Positions 23,106 through 38,647 of a stretch of 64,000 bases of DNA are shown here, piece by piece. The DNA is from Lobosporangium transversale (Eukaryota). The stretch spans positions 186,001-250,000 of the forward strand of contig NW_019028996.1 of NCBI RefSeq assembly GCF_002105155.1, written 5' to 3'. The notes below the pieces were generated by a model. That model searched no databases. It saw only the letters and a list, made by a program, of their open reading frames with translations, and had not been told where the DNA came from. Position 1 is the stretch's first letter, and every line of letters begins with the position of its first letter. The position numbers and the translations under genes are program-made.

Positions 23106-25290
23106 ATGCTACGCCTCATGGCATGTAGCCTGTGCAGCAGCGACAGACATGGCAAGAGACTATGCCCTCAGAATGTAAGGAATGTGGTAAGGCCTTCTTA
23201 TCTTTTTGTTTTTATGTTTTTGGAATATATAAACATTAATAATATTTTCCCAACTGATAAAGACAGAACGATTTTTCCCAATCGCCTCGCTCCCCCTTCC
23301 ATTCCACGTCTGTATGTGGGTGCAGTTGTCCAGGCCATGTGCGCAGTTCATACCCAAATAATGAAGAATGAGTGATTTCGGTATTTAACAATCGTAGAAA
23401 ACTTTTTTTTTTTTTTTTATTTTATTTTATTTTTTTTTTGGCATGGTAGTGGTTGGTGCATGCTGAGCTTAAGCTTATATACCTTCTATAACTTGAATAA
23501 CGCTGCCAGCAACGATGTGCAGAATGTTGGGTCAATTCGAAGGCAAAGGTTCCTATTTTATATTCATTAGATTTTGTCATTCTTTTTTTAACCCTCCATC
23601 ATTATTACTTACCTGCAGGGCGAGCACCGTCAACCAGCTCCTACAGTGTATAAATGCAGTATCTGCAGTTGCCTAGGAGTAGATGTAGACCATGCTCAAG
23701 TAATAAAGGGTGGAGTTTGATTTTCAACGGTTTGATTTTTTCTTCTCAGCAATAGACTATTAATCCTTAGTTTTTTCCTGTTTACTGCTTGCTTTAATAG
23801 CGTTGTTAGTAACTCAGTGCAAAATGGCGCTAGGCCTGTGTGCACACGAAGTATTGTTTTGAAGATGGTGGAGATGAAAATGAAAGACCCGTGCAAAGAC
23901 AAGGGTGTGCTACTTTTTGTTCGGTTTTTTATTGGCTTATTATACTGTATTATACATTGCGTGTACTTAATCTTACACAATTACCATTTACCATTTACCA
24001 TTGACCTTCAGAATACACGAGCGTAAAGGTGATCCTTCTGTTGAGGATGCTCCTTCTACCGAAGATAATTCCTTTGCCGAAGACAACTTTCTACCACCCG
24101 CTAGAAAAAGGTTTCAGCAAGATTTCGTTTCGGGTTCCAATATTATGCAATATAGGTACCGGTCAGTTGCCATTATTGCGGTGCCTTCATGTTTATTGAA
24201 GAATGTGTGTGCAACGCAGTAGTAAAAGCCGGCCAGAATTTCCTTTATGCTGTGGGAGAGGTCAAGTGGATATTCCTCCACTTAGCCTTGGTTTAACTTC
24301 TTGATGGGCAGAGCCGCAAGGTAAGTTATTCCGTTAACACATATAAGCATATAACTGCGCTCTTTCGTTCACGTCCATGGAAGTGAACCTTGATAAAGAC
24401 CTTGCGAACAACCTATATGGAGTGTACACGCTTTGTATCATTGGAAGGGTTGGTACTCTGATTGATCCTATGAATCCAACTGAAGGCGCTGCCTCTCTGT
24501 TCCTGCAGGCTCACGCTCACATTCATGACCCTGCTCAGCAAGCAAGACTCCGTAATAACCATTTCGGGGATTCCTTGATGAAGGCCTGTTGCAGTAACCA
24601 CAGCAGCTCCTTGAACTACACTACCCGATAGCCCATACGCTCAAAGACGTCAGAGAATGTGCGCACGAGGATATCATGCGGCTGAAGGTCGCCATCTGTG
24701 CTGGGCCTCAGCATGAGGGGAGAGGGCAAAGGCGAATGCAGTACAGGCCCTCTCATCAACTGGAATCGTGCTATTGATGGCTGGCGCCAGTAGTAAGGTT
24801 TCTCAGCAAGGCATCATAATTGAAAGCGGAGCCAGTGGTTTGGAAAAAACCAGTGAGGTTCATCCAGCTCACGAGAGTCTCCATAATAACCTCTTGCATC
24901 CAAAAGGCGAGGACTGGACATATAAAAAATATAAAAAATGGCCTAGGCCAGGTCAAACCTCTGCAGGGCCTCATGGTGACAGCTATGACGGTAGCGAAAA
25001 CGGCCAGCTAGAGGTGGATGTAGGTGAGGGCGATGGCCGAGCTAGGAAAAGTCGAGAATACGCCAAGCTGGAGGAGTTTTACACGTACAGGCTGCAGATT
25101 CGTCCTTTGAGCTCAACAGACCAGCGATTTTTCATCAGGATGGATACATGCTTGACTTATTAGTACGCTACCGATCAATACAGTAGGCTTGAGGTGGATC
25201 AGCTTCAATTCATCAGCGAGAACTAATCTAAGCTGAAGACGGATCCATATATCGGTGTTGTGGGTGCAATTGAACTTAATCTCAGACCTG
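23106..25290 (+). mobile_element. Helitron RepHel N-terminal remnant (pseudogene)
   Basis: CCHC knuckle CSLCSSDRHGKRLC, then CHYCGAFMFIEE..GQVDIPPL, AYNCALSFTSMEVNLDKDLANNLYGVYTL, SEVHPAHESLHNNLLHPKGE, EFYTYRLQIR and DQYSRLE..LQFISEN*SKLKTD. Many stops; ends before the Rep catalytic motifs. Confidence 0.85.
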
Positions 25291-25714
25291 GGCTATACAT
25301 GCGGGACATTGTCTACAAGGATGCTTTGTAAATAAGCATCCTCTCATTTACTACCGTATCTTCCAAATATTCTGCCTTATTTTGTGTTTTATTTTTTGTT
25401 TATTTTACTACTGTACGTACATAGCACTCCTAACTGATCTTCTTTTTGCAACGGAAATAATGGAAATCTTTTGCCAAGTTCTCCCTTTTGTTATTGTTAT
25501 TATTCTTTATAGGAAAACTAGATGAAGACTCAGTCGTTTTTACAAGACCAAGGGCTGGTGTTATAATTGTGAATGAGAGAAAACTACCACGGTATTAAAA
25601 CATGACGTGGAGCATACAATCCTCTCTAGGTTTGTTTCTGATCCCTGTATCTACAAGGGAAAATGTGTATAGAAAATAAACTTCTATAGTTGAGAGCGTG
25701 GGGGGGAAGACGCG

Positions 25715-25747
<33 letters not shown>

Positions 25748-26680
25748 CCCGCTCGGAATTTGTCGGTCAAAAGGGTTGAAGTTTGTATTTAGGAGAAAGT
25801 TGGCCGCATGCGGCTAAATTGCCGTCGTGGCTTGTGCACACACAGATTTTTTTTTTTTTTTTGGATGCCGGAGAATCGCGAACTTTAAAAAAAAAATGGA
25901 TTCACAGAACAGACGACCAAGATTTTATACTTTCTTTGTCGTATGAACGTTAATAGATATTTATTAGATCTCCCCCTCTCCTTCCTCAATTGTCCGTGCC
26001 TACATGGGAAACTGGTTGGGGAGAGAGCGAGAGAGAGAGGAAACAATAGGAAAGAATAGGATAGGAAAAGTAGAGAGCCATGTTTTAATCTTTTAACAGA
26101 TGGCTACTGAACCACAGCGAAGTTCCTTTACTCCGACTTGCCTTACTTCGCATTGACTGACAGTTACAAGTAGTTCAGTTTTAACAACTAGTCCATACTC
26201 TTTATCCTCCTACAGCGCAATAATAAAGGATTAAAAAAACATGATAACATGTTTATGATTGTAAACTCGATAAATATGAAAGTGCGAAGTAAAAGAGGTA
26301 GAAACTTGAATACAAGAAAAAAAAGACCGAGACAAGAAGAGAGAGAAGATGAACGAAAGCGAAAGAGAGAGAAAGAGAGAGATAGAATGAATGAGCGGGT
26401 TTTTTTCTGCTGAATTGGGTGATAATGGTTTTTGTAAAGAGCGGGCTTGCAAAAAACCTTGCAATCAAAAAGCAGATTCTAATCTCCCACAATCAATTCG
26501 CGATAAGTGATACACACATTATCATTATCAAACCAAATAAATTTATTTTGTTCTCCCACACTTTTTTTTATCTTTTTTTTTTTTTTTTTTATCTTTTTTG
26601 TCCTTCTTTATTCATTCTCAAACTCATCCTCATCCATTCTCTCTCTCTACCTTTACCCTTTCCTTACCAGCAACCGTAGA

Positions 26681-27029
26681 ATGATCTCCTCATCTGTCTC
26701 TCGTTTGGCTCTTGCCACTGGACGTCGCACTGTCCAGCGTGCTGCCACCCTTATTCCTATGACCAGGACTATTGTCTCTCACAACACTGTTCGCGCTTCT
26801 TCCGCCACTCCAAGGTACATTCTATAAAACGTCTACACTTCTTTCTTCCGCAACAATAATAATAACAATGATCACCATCACTACAGCAACAGCAGACCAT
26901 AGGAGGACGTGTTTTTTCTTTCTTTTTTTCTTTATTTTATAAATATATTGCAAATGATGTTTTAATGGAGATAGATCACCTTCCAGGAAAAAAGATTCTC
27001 GATACTCTGGCTCGAATGATGTTGTGGCA

Positions 27030-27060
<31 letters not shown>

Positions 27061-28901
27061 TACCTCTTCAACGGATTTGGTTTTTTTCTTTTGCAGAAAA
27101 GATGGATTTGAGTGTGTGGCGTTCATATACGTCACAATGTGGTTGCTAAGTGTGATCTAAAAGAACTGAGAAAATAATTTCAGAAAGGCGCGCGTCGCTA
27201 TTTCATTCAGATATACTTTTTATATCAGCAAAGCAGGGAATTGTGAAACTGGAAATGGAGTAAAGTCAATCGAAGTTTTTTTTTTTTTTTTTTTTTCTTT
27301 CATAAAAAAAAAAAAAAAAAAAAAAAAAATGGCGCGGAGAGGAAGAGAGAGAGGAAGAGGAAGAGTAGGAAGGTGTAGACGGACTTGCTAGGTGCTCACT
27401 CCCCAACAGATTTTTTTTTTCTCAGCCAGCAAACACAGCTTGCGCATTTTTGAAAAAATCTCTTGGGACCAGCTTCATTTACCCACAAACTGAAAAAGGC
27501 GGGCACTTTTGTATTTTGTATTTTCTTTTATTATTATTATTTTTTCCATCTTTGATAATAATGTTGTTGGTGCTTACCTGTGTCTTACTGTTCTGTTGAT
27601 CTGCTGACAACCAATGTTACTAAAGAGAGAGGAGTTGCTTTCTATCCATATACATCTTTCTCATCTACCTTCCCTTCTCCGAATACCGCCGATTCAAAAT
27701 AATAGTTGGTTTTTCTTTTTTTCTTTCTTTTTTTTTTTTTTTCTTCTCCTTTCTTTGATCTAACAATGTTTTTGTGTGTAATCTGTTCCTTCTGCATATG
27801 CTTAATAGTGCGTCTCGCCATATCTTGGCTGCTTCCTCAGTCCAGATCAAGTCCAACATGGCTCGTTACTATAGCTCCAAATGTAAGTCTTGTCGATCTG
27901 TGTTTTTTTTTTTTGTTATTATTCCAGCAAAGAGATGGGATGCTCCAACCTTAACCCACGCAATTTGTGGGTCCGTTAGAGACAGAAAAGAACGTCCATT
28001 GCTTTACATGAAAATTATGCGCAGTAGTAAAATAGTAAATAGTGCGAGCCCATGTGCCCAAATATGTATGACATAGTCCGTAAACATTAACTTTTTTATT
28101 ATTTTTATTATAATCTAGCATACCCTACACACATCACTATCAACATGCCGGCCCTCTCACCTACCATGACCATGGGGAACATCGGAACATGGCAAAAGAA
28201 GGTTGGAGATGCTATCGCCCCTGGTGATGTGCTTGTAGAAATTGAAACCGATAAAGCCCAGATGGACTTTGAATGTCAGGAGGAAGGTTATCTTGCAAAG
28301 ATTTTGGCTGATTCTGGATCCAAGGAGGTCAACATCAATCAACCCATTGCTATCATGGTTGAGAACAAGGAAGATGTAGAAAAGTTTGCTGACTTTACTG
28401 CTGCTGATGCTGGTGGCTCTGCTTCTGCTTCTGCTTCTGGCACTACCAAGAAGGAAGAAGAGGCTCCAAAGAAGGAAGAGGCCCCAAAGAAGGAAGAGGC
28501 CCCCAAGGAGGAAGAAGCACCCAAGAAGTCTGATACCACTAACGCTCCTCCTTCTCGCTCTGATGCTGGTAAGAGACTTTGTTTCATATTCAAAAGAAGA
28601 CTATTGTTATTATTATTATTATTATTTTATTTTCATGATTATGTAGCTCAGATAGCTGGTTAGAAAATACGACATTCAGCAACATAACATCCTGACTATC
28701 GATTTCTTTTCCCCCTTCTCCTTTTCCCCTTCTCCTCTTCCCCTTCTCGTCCTCCTTTCCCATTAGACCGCATCTTTGCTAGTCCTATTGCTAGAAAGAT
28801 CGCCAATGAGAAGAAGATTGATTTGGGCGAGCTCTCCGGAACTGGACCCAATGGCCGTATTGTGAAGGCTGATGTTGAGGGTTACACCCCTGCACGTACG
28901 T

Positions 28902-28933
<32 letters not shown>

Positions 28934-29833
28934 CCCCTTCTTTTTCAAAATATTTGAAGAACAGGAAAACCAGCTTTGCAATAAGGGAGGGTGTTAGAAA
29001 TGTGATTTTTGCAATGATCAATTGTTTTAACTGACAGACTTTTTTTTTTTTTTTTTTTTTTTGAATCAATCAAACTTCATCGACACGATTCGATTACAGC
29101 CAAGGCTGCCTCGGCCCCCGCTACTAAGGCAGCTCCTGCCCCTACTAGCGCTGGTTACACTGATATCCCAATCACCAACATGCGCAAGATCATTGCTCAG
29201 CGTTTGACAGAGTCCAAGCAGAATGTTCCTCATTACTACGTCACAGTTGAGATGGAGATGGACAAGGTCTTGAAGCTCCGCGAGGTCCTTAACAAGGCTT
29301 CGGAGGACAAGTACAAGTTGTCGGTCAACGACTTTATTGTCAAGGCATCGGCCCTTGCTCTCAAGGCCGTTCCCGAGGCCAACAGCTCGTGGCAGAATGA
29401 TTCCATCAGACAATATCACACTGCCGACATCTGTGTTGCTACCTCGACTCCCTCTGGTTTGATCACCCCCATTGTTGCCAATGCCGAATCCAAGGGCTTG
29501 GCTGCCATCTCTAACCAGGTCAAGGATCTTGCCAGTCGCGCTCGCGCTGGCAAGCTTGCTCCTCACGAGTACCAGGGTGGTACATTCACCATTTCCAATA
29601 TGGGCATGTATGGAGTCAAGCACTTCACTGCCATCATTAACCCTCCTCAGTCCTGCATCTTGGCTATTGGTGCCACGGAGAAGCGGGTCGTTCCTGGTGA
29701 GGATGGTGAGGTCCGTACTGCCTCTATTATGGCTGTGACCTTGAGCTCCGATCACCGCACTGTCGATGGTGCCGTCGCAGCTCAGTTCTTGAAGGCTTTC
29801 AAGGGTTATATTGAGAATCCACTCAAGATGTTG

Positions 29834-29839
<6 letters not shown>
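26681..29839 (+). CDS. LAT1: Pyruvate dehydrogenase E2 (dihydrolipoyl acetyltransferase), mitochondrial, 5 exons
   Basis: Arg-rich presequence, lipoyl domain [19 protein letters not shown]3-binding [22 protein letters not shown], and catalytic [18 protein letters not shown]. Confidence 0.97.
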
Positions 29840-29865
<26 letters not shown>

Positions 29866-30219
29866 GACTCCTCCGCCATACAAAATACTACTACACCCGA
29901 TTTCTTGTCATCCAACCACTGCCATTTCATAGAGAAAAAAAAAAAAAAAAAAAAAAAAAAACGAAAAAAGCAAAAAAAAAAAAAAGGCCTTTTTTACTTC
30001 ATCCGTCCATACTTTTCCTTCCGACCTTTATCTTTTGTTTTCTGTCCACTCCAATCGACTTTTCCTTAATGTACAACTGTCATTTTATTTTTTATTTTTT
30101 TATTTCTTTTCTTGATTAAAGAAAAATAAAAAATTAAGCATTCTGGCAATGTTTTGCCACCAAAAAGAAAAAAAAAGAAAAATAGATTACTGTGACGTGT
30201 TTTTGCGAAATGCAAAGAT

Positions 30220-32699
<2,480 letters not shown>

Positions 32700-34413
32700 G
32701 ATGTCAGGCCACAATGAGAATTCGTGAAAAAGATTAAAAAAAAAAAAAGAAAGAAAAGCGCCACTGTGCTGTGCTGTGTGCTGTGTGCTGTGTGTGTAAG
32801 AGAGAGAGATTATTTTATTTTTTTTCCAGTTCTATATTTTCACGCGTGATATGCGTGCGAGTTGTTAGGGGGTTGATGATGTGTGCACCCTTATTTCGGA
32901 CATTTCAGGCATTTCTTTCCACGCGTCTGTGTCTCCTTCGACCAATCCAAATCTTTTGTTTCCCCTTGTCCTACATCCCTGAACAATCATTGGGACAATT
33001 GGAGACAGTAACGCTAAAGTGGTGCAATTAGAAACGATACCAAGCTCATGGGACAAAAAAAAAAATTCGATGGGTCTAATAAAATCAAACCCCCTAGACG
33101 GTGAGAGTGCAGTAAATTATTATCTCTTCCCCTCTTTACACATCGATCATCCTTCTCCTACATACACATACATCTATCTATACACATACACACATAACAC
33201 ATTCATCTATTCACATGCGTTATACACCATTCACATGTACAAGTATACACTATATTCAATATACAAATATGGGAAATAGTAAAAAAAAAAAATAAAAAAA
33301 AAAACTGAAAAAACTGTAATTCTACATTTATTGTTTAGCATATTTAGTGTATGAGGAACATTGCATTTTGGCCAAAAGGGCGATCAAGGACCAGAGAGTG
33401 AGGAAGATGATGATCCTGTCTGATGACTCCTTTGGACTTGAACCAATGAATAGTCTAGTAAATAATAATGAGAATAGCTTATCCTACTCCAAATAAACAT
33501 CTTTTTTACAACTTTACACACATTACTAATGCAGCATGTTAAAGTTTACTTTTTTACATTCATATTGTAAAAATAAAAATAGTATTCAATCATTCTACAC
33601 GTCAAAGTGTCTATATATTCCTATGTGAGCATGTGCTCATGCTCAGCATTTACATCCCCAGGATAGTATCTCATAGTAGGAATAACACCATAAAAAAGGG
33701 CGTTTGCTTAGAAAATACAAAGAAACACAAACACAAATAACATTTACGTACTTTCTTCCTTTGCTCTTCTGCTCTTAGTTTTTTTTTTTTTTTTGTACCA
33801 AGCAAACTGACCTTTTTTCTTGTAATCTGTGCATAAATGCATAAACGAGAGCAAAACGAACCCTTTTTTCTTGAAAGGAGTCCACATTTACATTCTTTTG
33901 CTTATTCCTTACAGATGGGCATAGTTTTTTTTTTTTTTTATTTTTTATTTTTTGTTTCTTTGAACAATTGTCTCAATTAAAACACAGTTGATTTTGTTTA
34001 TGTTAGCAGATTTTGTTTATGTTTGTTTGTTCGTTCATTTGTTCATTTGATTGTCTGTTTGTTTGTATTTTTTGCCGGGTCCTGTATTTTTCTCTGTCCC
34101 TTATCCTGGTTTTTACTCGATCTGTAAAAAAAAAACCTTTAAATTCCATCCATTTCTTCCCTCTCTTTTTTTTTTTTTCCTCATCTTCTTTATCATCTCA
34201 ACTTTACTTTGCCTTCTTCTTTACTCTCCTTTCTTCTTTCTTCTTCCACTCCTGCTTCTTTCTTCTTCCTCAATAAAAAAATAAAGTACACATACCGTAC
34301 CGCTCAAATCAATCTCTCTCTCAAAAAAATAGAAAAAAAAAAAAAAAAAAAAAAAAAAATCACGTTACTTCTTTTTACTATCAGATCTATCTTATCCCCA
34401 AATTAATTCAAAC

Positions 34414-36064
34414 ATGACTACCACTCCATCCACTCTTATTGCGCTCGCTGATGAAGCCAATGCAAGCCCCGTGATGACTCTTCAACAGGTCACTGACACT
34501 GTCTATGGAGTCTTGAACAACTCCGATCCCATGCACCTTGAGCTAAAGTACGTAATCAAACATGAAATAGTATAATTATAATAATAATAATGACCATAAT
34601 GTATAATATCCAATCACCTTGTTTTTCATGAACGTACCACTTATCCATCTATTTTTTTATTTTATTTTATTTTATTTTTTATCTTCCATAAACATAGTTC
34701 GCTCCGTATGACGAATGAAACAAGAATAGCCGAGCAATCAGCCTGTCCTGCGAAAACTCTCTTGCCATCGGAGCTTGTGCCAGCTGACTATGTGATGAAT
34801 GAGCAGCTCTCCATGTCACCAGAGCCGGTTGTAAACGCTGTGGAGAAGCAGGTATTGTCTATTTTATATCTCTACTGAATTATGTTTATAAAAAAAGTGT
34901 TCGTCATGTCCGTGTGTCTTAATGAGCTAGAAGAAAAAAAAAAAAAAAAAAATAGAACAGAACAGAAGACATTTGTCATTAGTCTACATTTTATTTAAGC
35001 GCCTTTTTTTTTTTTTCCCTCTCTCCTTTTCTTCTCCCCCAACTCAATCGCCGATTCAGAGCTTCAAGACTACACCAACAACGCCAACAACCATGACTAC
35101 TACTGTTACTGCCTTCGCGAAAGCTGGACTGCCCCTTGATACTAAAGTCACTAATGTCCATGTGGACATGATGCACCCGACCTACAACGGCAATGGTCAT
35201 GACGAAATCAATCCTTATAAAGGTGAGGTTCTCACCCAGAATTTGGACTTTATTCCCCTATCATCAAAGACTTCCTCAGCTCCCATCCAAGCATCAATGT
35301 CAGCATCAATGTCAGCATCAGCATCATTGCCCTCCCCCTTAGTTTCACCCACACCTTCACCTACAACTGCCACCTTTAATTTCGCGCCTGAGATCACATC
35401 CCGCACCGGAGATGTTTTCCAATCTACCCGAGATGGTCATCACGGTGGGCCCAGTGGGAACGGCTCTGGAGCCAACGGCGATAACAATGGTCGAGATCGC
35501 CCAACCCCCGCTCAAGACCTTAGTTCCGCCATGTTGGAAGCGAATCAAGAGATTCGGCAGTTGAGAGAACAGCAAACACAAGAGGCAATGACAGATCGAG
35601 TGAAGCGGTTGTCAAAATCCAATGCAGATAGTGATTCGGACAAGGATAGGTTTTTGAGAGGGTTCGTTGACTTGGGGATGGAGATGGAGATGGAGATGCA
35701 ACAACAACAACAACAACAACAACAACAGCAGCAGCAGCACCAGCAGCACCAGCACCAGCAGCAAAATCCTCCTCAGCCATGTATGCCTTCCTTTGCAACA
35801 GGTCATAGTGTCAGTCCCTTTGATACCTCCGCTCCTGTTGCTGCTACACAACATAACGAGGTTGTACGGCGCATTGCTCAGAGAGTCAGCCTACAATTGC
35901 GAGCCGCCATTCAACGAGGTGACTCCTCCATTATAACCTATCATTCCTTGATCGCTCAAGAAATCGTAAATACCCAAAAGACAGGAGAGCTGCCTATTTC
36001 TCCTGCTGGCAGTCGCAAAAACTCTGTTGATGAGGGCAAAGCCCAAGAAATGGAGCTTGCTTGA
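34414..36064 (+). CDS. Hypothetical low-complexity protein (S/P/T-rich, polyQ), 3 exons
   Basis: MTTTPSTL..HLELK, SLRMTNE..AVEKQ and a long last exon to TGA 36062-36064, joined by GT-AG introns. No family recognised. Confidence 0.7.
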
Positions 36065-36186
36065 AAAAACAAAGAGCCTGAGCAATGACGCGTGGGCACA
36101 CACGACTATTATAATTAAAGTTTTAATTTTTCTTAATTCAAATATATATATATTTATATAATAAATCACCTAATTATTATAAATCC

Positions 36187-38467
36187 TTAGTCGTCCTCAT
36201 CAAAATTGAAGCGTGCACGCTTAGACTAAAAATAGTTTGCAAGATAATGTTAGAAAATAGATTTGTTTTAAATGGTTTTTCAATAACACAATAACCTTTA
36301 AAAAAGAATAATGATAATGATAATAGCAATAATAAAAAACTCACCTGTCGACTTGATGACAAGAACTCTTCCTCAATCTCAAATGGCTCATCCTCATCCT
36401 CATAAATCCGTACATCCTCAGCTACCCTTAGATATAGCTGCTGCTGCTTTTGTTGTTGTTGGAGGGCTTGTGACGACTGTCTCTCCTGCTTTGGATGGTT
36501 AACTGATGCTAAAGCATTATTTTTGGTATTTGTCGTCGTTGCCTTTGCGCTAGTCGCTGTCTCCTCCATTTCTAAACTATTCAGCTCTCCGAGCCATTCT
36601 GAGTCATCATCTAAAAATAAGGCGTTCTCAGGTTGTGTGAGATCAAGTTCGCCGTGACCCTTATCATGTGTACTTTTCCCTTGCGCCACCGTTCCCCTGT
36701 CCTCCCCCTTCATCGCCTCATATTCTCGTTTAGAAGGTATTGGAGATGGTTCTGGCGCCTCGCCTTCATTAAGGACCGTCGCCAAAGCGAAAGTCTATCA
36801 AAAAAAAAAAAAAAAAAAAAAGTAAGAATAAAAAGATATCAAACTTATAAACAGAATCTTTTATTTCATCAAACACTTACTCCGCTCACAATGCTTTCAA
36901 CTTGTACTCTAAGGAGTAATGGCCTAATATAACCCAACAGACAGGCAAGTCCAAATGACATGAGTATTTGTACCTAAACAAATCATCCATAGAGACTATA
37001 ACAAAAAGGACAAACGACTGGTGTCTTACCGACTCCTAGCATCAAAATACCCATCTAATGGCAGACGAAGTGTCACTGCAAAGGCAATGATTGCCTTTTT
37101 TTTTTTCACAAGTGTAAAATAAAAGAAAGAGCAACAGAAAAGTATAGTCGGATCAATTTGTTTTTCCATACTTTCCTGCATCAAAAGGTCAAAAGGTTGC
37201 GCGTGAATGCATCCATGTTGCTTACATACTTTGAATTCCTTTAGCGAAAATGTGATCTCGACTTCTTCCTGTAGCTTGTAAAACTCCAACGCGCTCCTGT
37301 TGATTGGTACAACAGTCGTTCCAAATCTACCTGACGCCTCTAAAAGAACATACATATATATTGATTGATCCATTGATTGATTGGTTGATTGCAATCAGTA
37401 TTTCAAAAAGCCTAAAAGTGAAAAAGGGATGGATGGACATATAATTTTTGACGGAAACGGATCTTACTCAGTCCTCCTTCATTTGCATCTAGAAAAGTCT
37501 TGAAAGTGACTCCTTCTTGATGACACTTCATCGAGATTTCCTCAGCCTTGGATGAAAAATTCTCTGCAAATCCAATCAGTGCAGCAGGCGGGAGACTCCA
37601 TGAATTAGAGCAGGATTCAATAGAGTCTAAGACTTGTAAGGGCTCCGGACACGATTCGTAGAGTAACTTGTGGATTTTAATGAACCCTATGGTGTGTTTG
37701 TGATATAGATATGAATATCAATATATATATACATGTTTATGGAAACTATTCCTTAATGCGATTATGGCTTCTTTTTTTTTTTTTTTTTTTTTACCATATT
37801 TGAAAATTATTTCAACTGTTAAACGACAATTTTCTCCAACGCCTTCAGCCGAGTTCATAAATAAGCAGAGCTTTTCAATCTTGGACTCCACGTTGCCACG
37901 GATCTTGCAAGCTGATACCAAAGCCTTTTGAAGGAAAAAAAAAAAAAAAAAAAAAAAAAAGAAAGAAAGAAAGAAAGAAAGAAAGGAAGAAAAAAACCTA
38001 TTAAAACCTACAAGAATACACTCACATAAAGAACTTAGGCTATGACAATACTGTTTTTTTCTCTATTTTTTTTTTTTTTTTTTTTACCTTGGCCAAAACA
38101 GTACATCTCAAATAAGGGCCTGAGCTATCATGTTTAATTGCTTCTGCAGTTGTATCTAGATGATAGCTCTCAAAAAATACCCGGGTAAATGTAAAGGTTG
38201 CGAAAGCAGAACGTGTGATGTTGAGAGTCGAGAGGATGAATCGATCCGGTCGAGCTTCTACCACGATATCGTCACCGATCTTGGACAGACATACCAATAC
38301 TGCTTGGAAACCTGTTATCGTTATGGTTTTTTTATGTTTGTTATTACAGTGTGATGTGAGAATTGTAACAAGTAGGAGAAAAAAAAAAAAAAAAGAAAAG
38401 AAAACTGGGCGAGAGGAAGAAAGGATCCTTTACCTTTGATGGAGATAGAAGGAATGATGGCCCTCAT
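36187..38467 (-). CDS. RAD9: Checkpoint clamp (9-1-1) subunit Rad9/Ddc1, multi-exon
   Basis: MRAII..LVCLSKIGDDIVVEA..LSTLNITRSAFATFTF..FFESY, EITFSLKEFK|AIIAFA, FATV, then acidic tail ending SKRARFNFDEDD*. This is S. pombe/human-type Rad9, not the budding-yeast adaptor. Confidence 0.9.
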
Positions 38468-38647
38468 GCGTAATTTTTTTTTTTTAATTACAAAATAACT
38501 TTCGCACGATAAAAATGCAAAGGAAATGATTGAGAATGAAGAAAAAGGAATGAATGAATTGCTTCAATGGAATGTGGGAAATGGAATATTGCTTTTATTA
38601 AGTTTTGCCACCATTTGATCGCACACAAGCATAGCTCGCCTTGTATT

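Noticed and set aside
26950..27170. Box C/D snoRNA in LAT1 intron 1
   Set aside because: ATGATG words are present but there is no well-placed CTGA box, terminal stem or recognisable guide.
29066..29755. 229-aa antisense ORF (similar ones at 57847-58649 and 44125-44480)
   Set aside because: Shadows of strongly codon-biased genes on the opposite strand (LAT1, calreticulin, aminopeptidase P).
26681..29865. LAT1 as a processed retrocopy because of the terminal poly(A)
   Set aside because: The gene retains four introns and has no evident target-site duplication.
29811..30119. Numerous poly-Lys/poly-Phe ORFs across the window
   Set aside because: Translations of intronic or intergenic poly(A)/poly(T) tracts.
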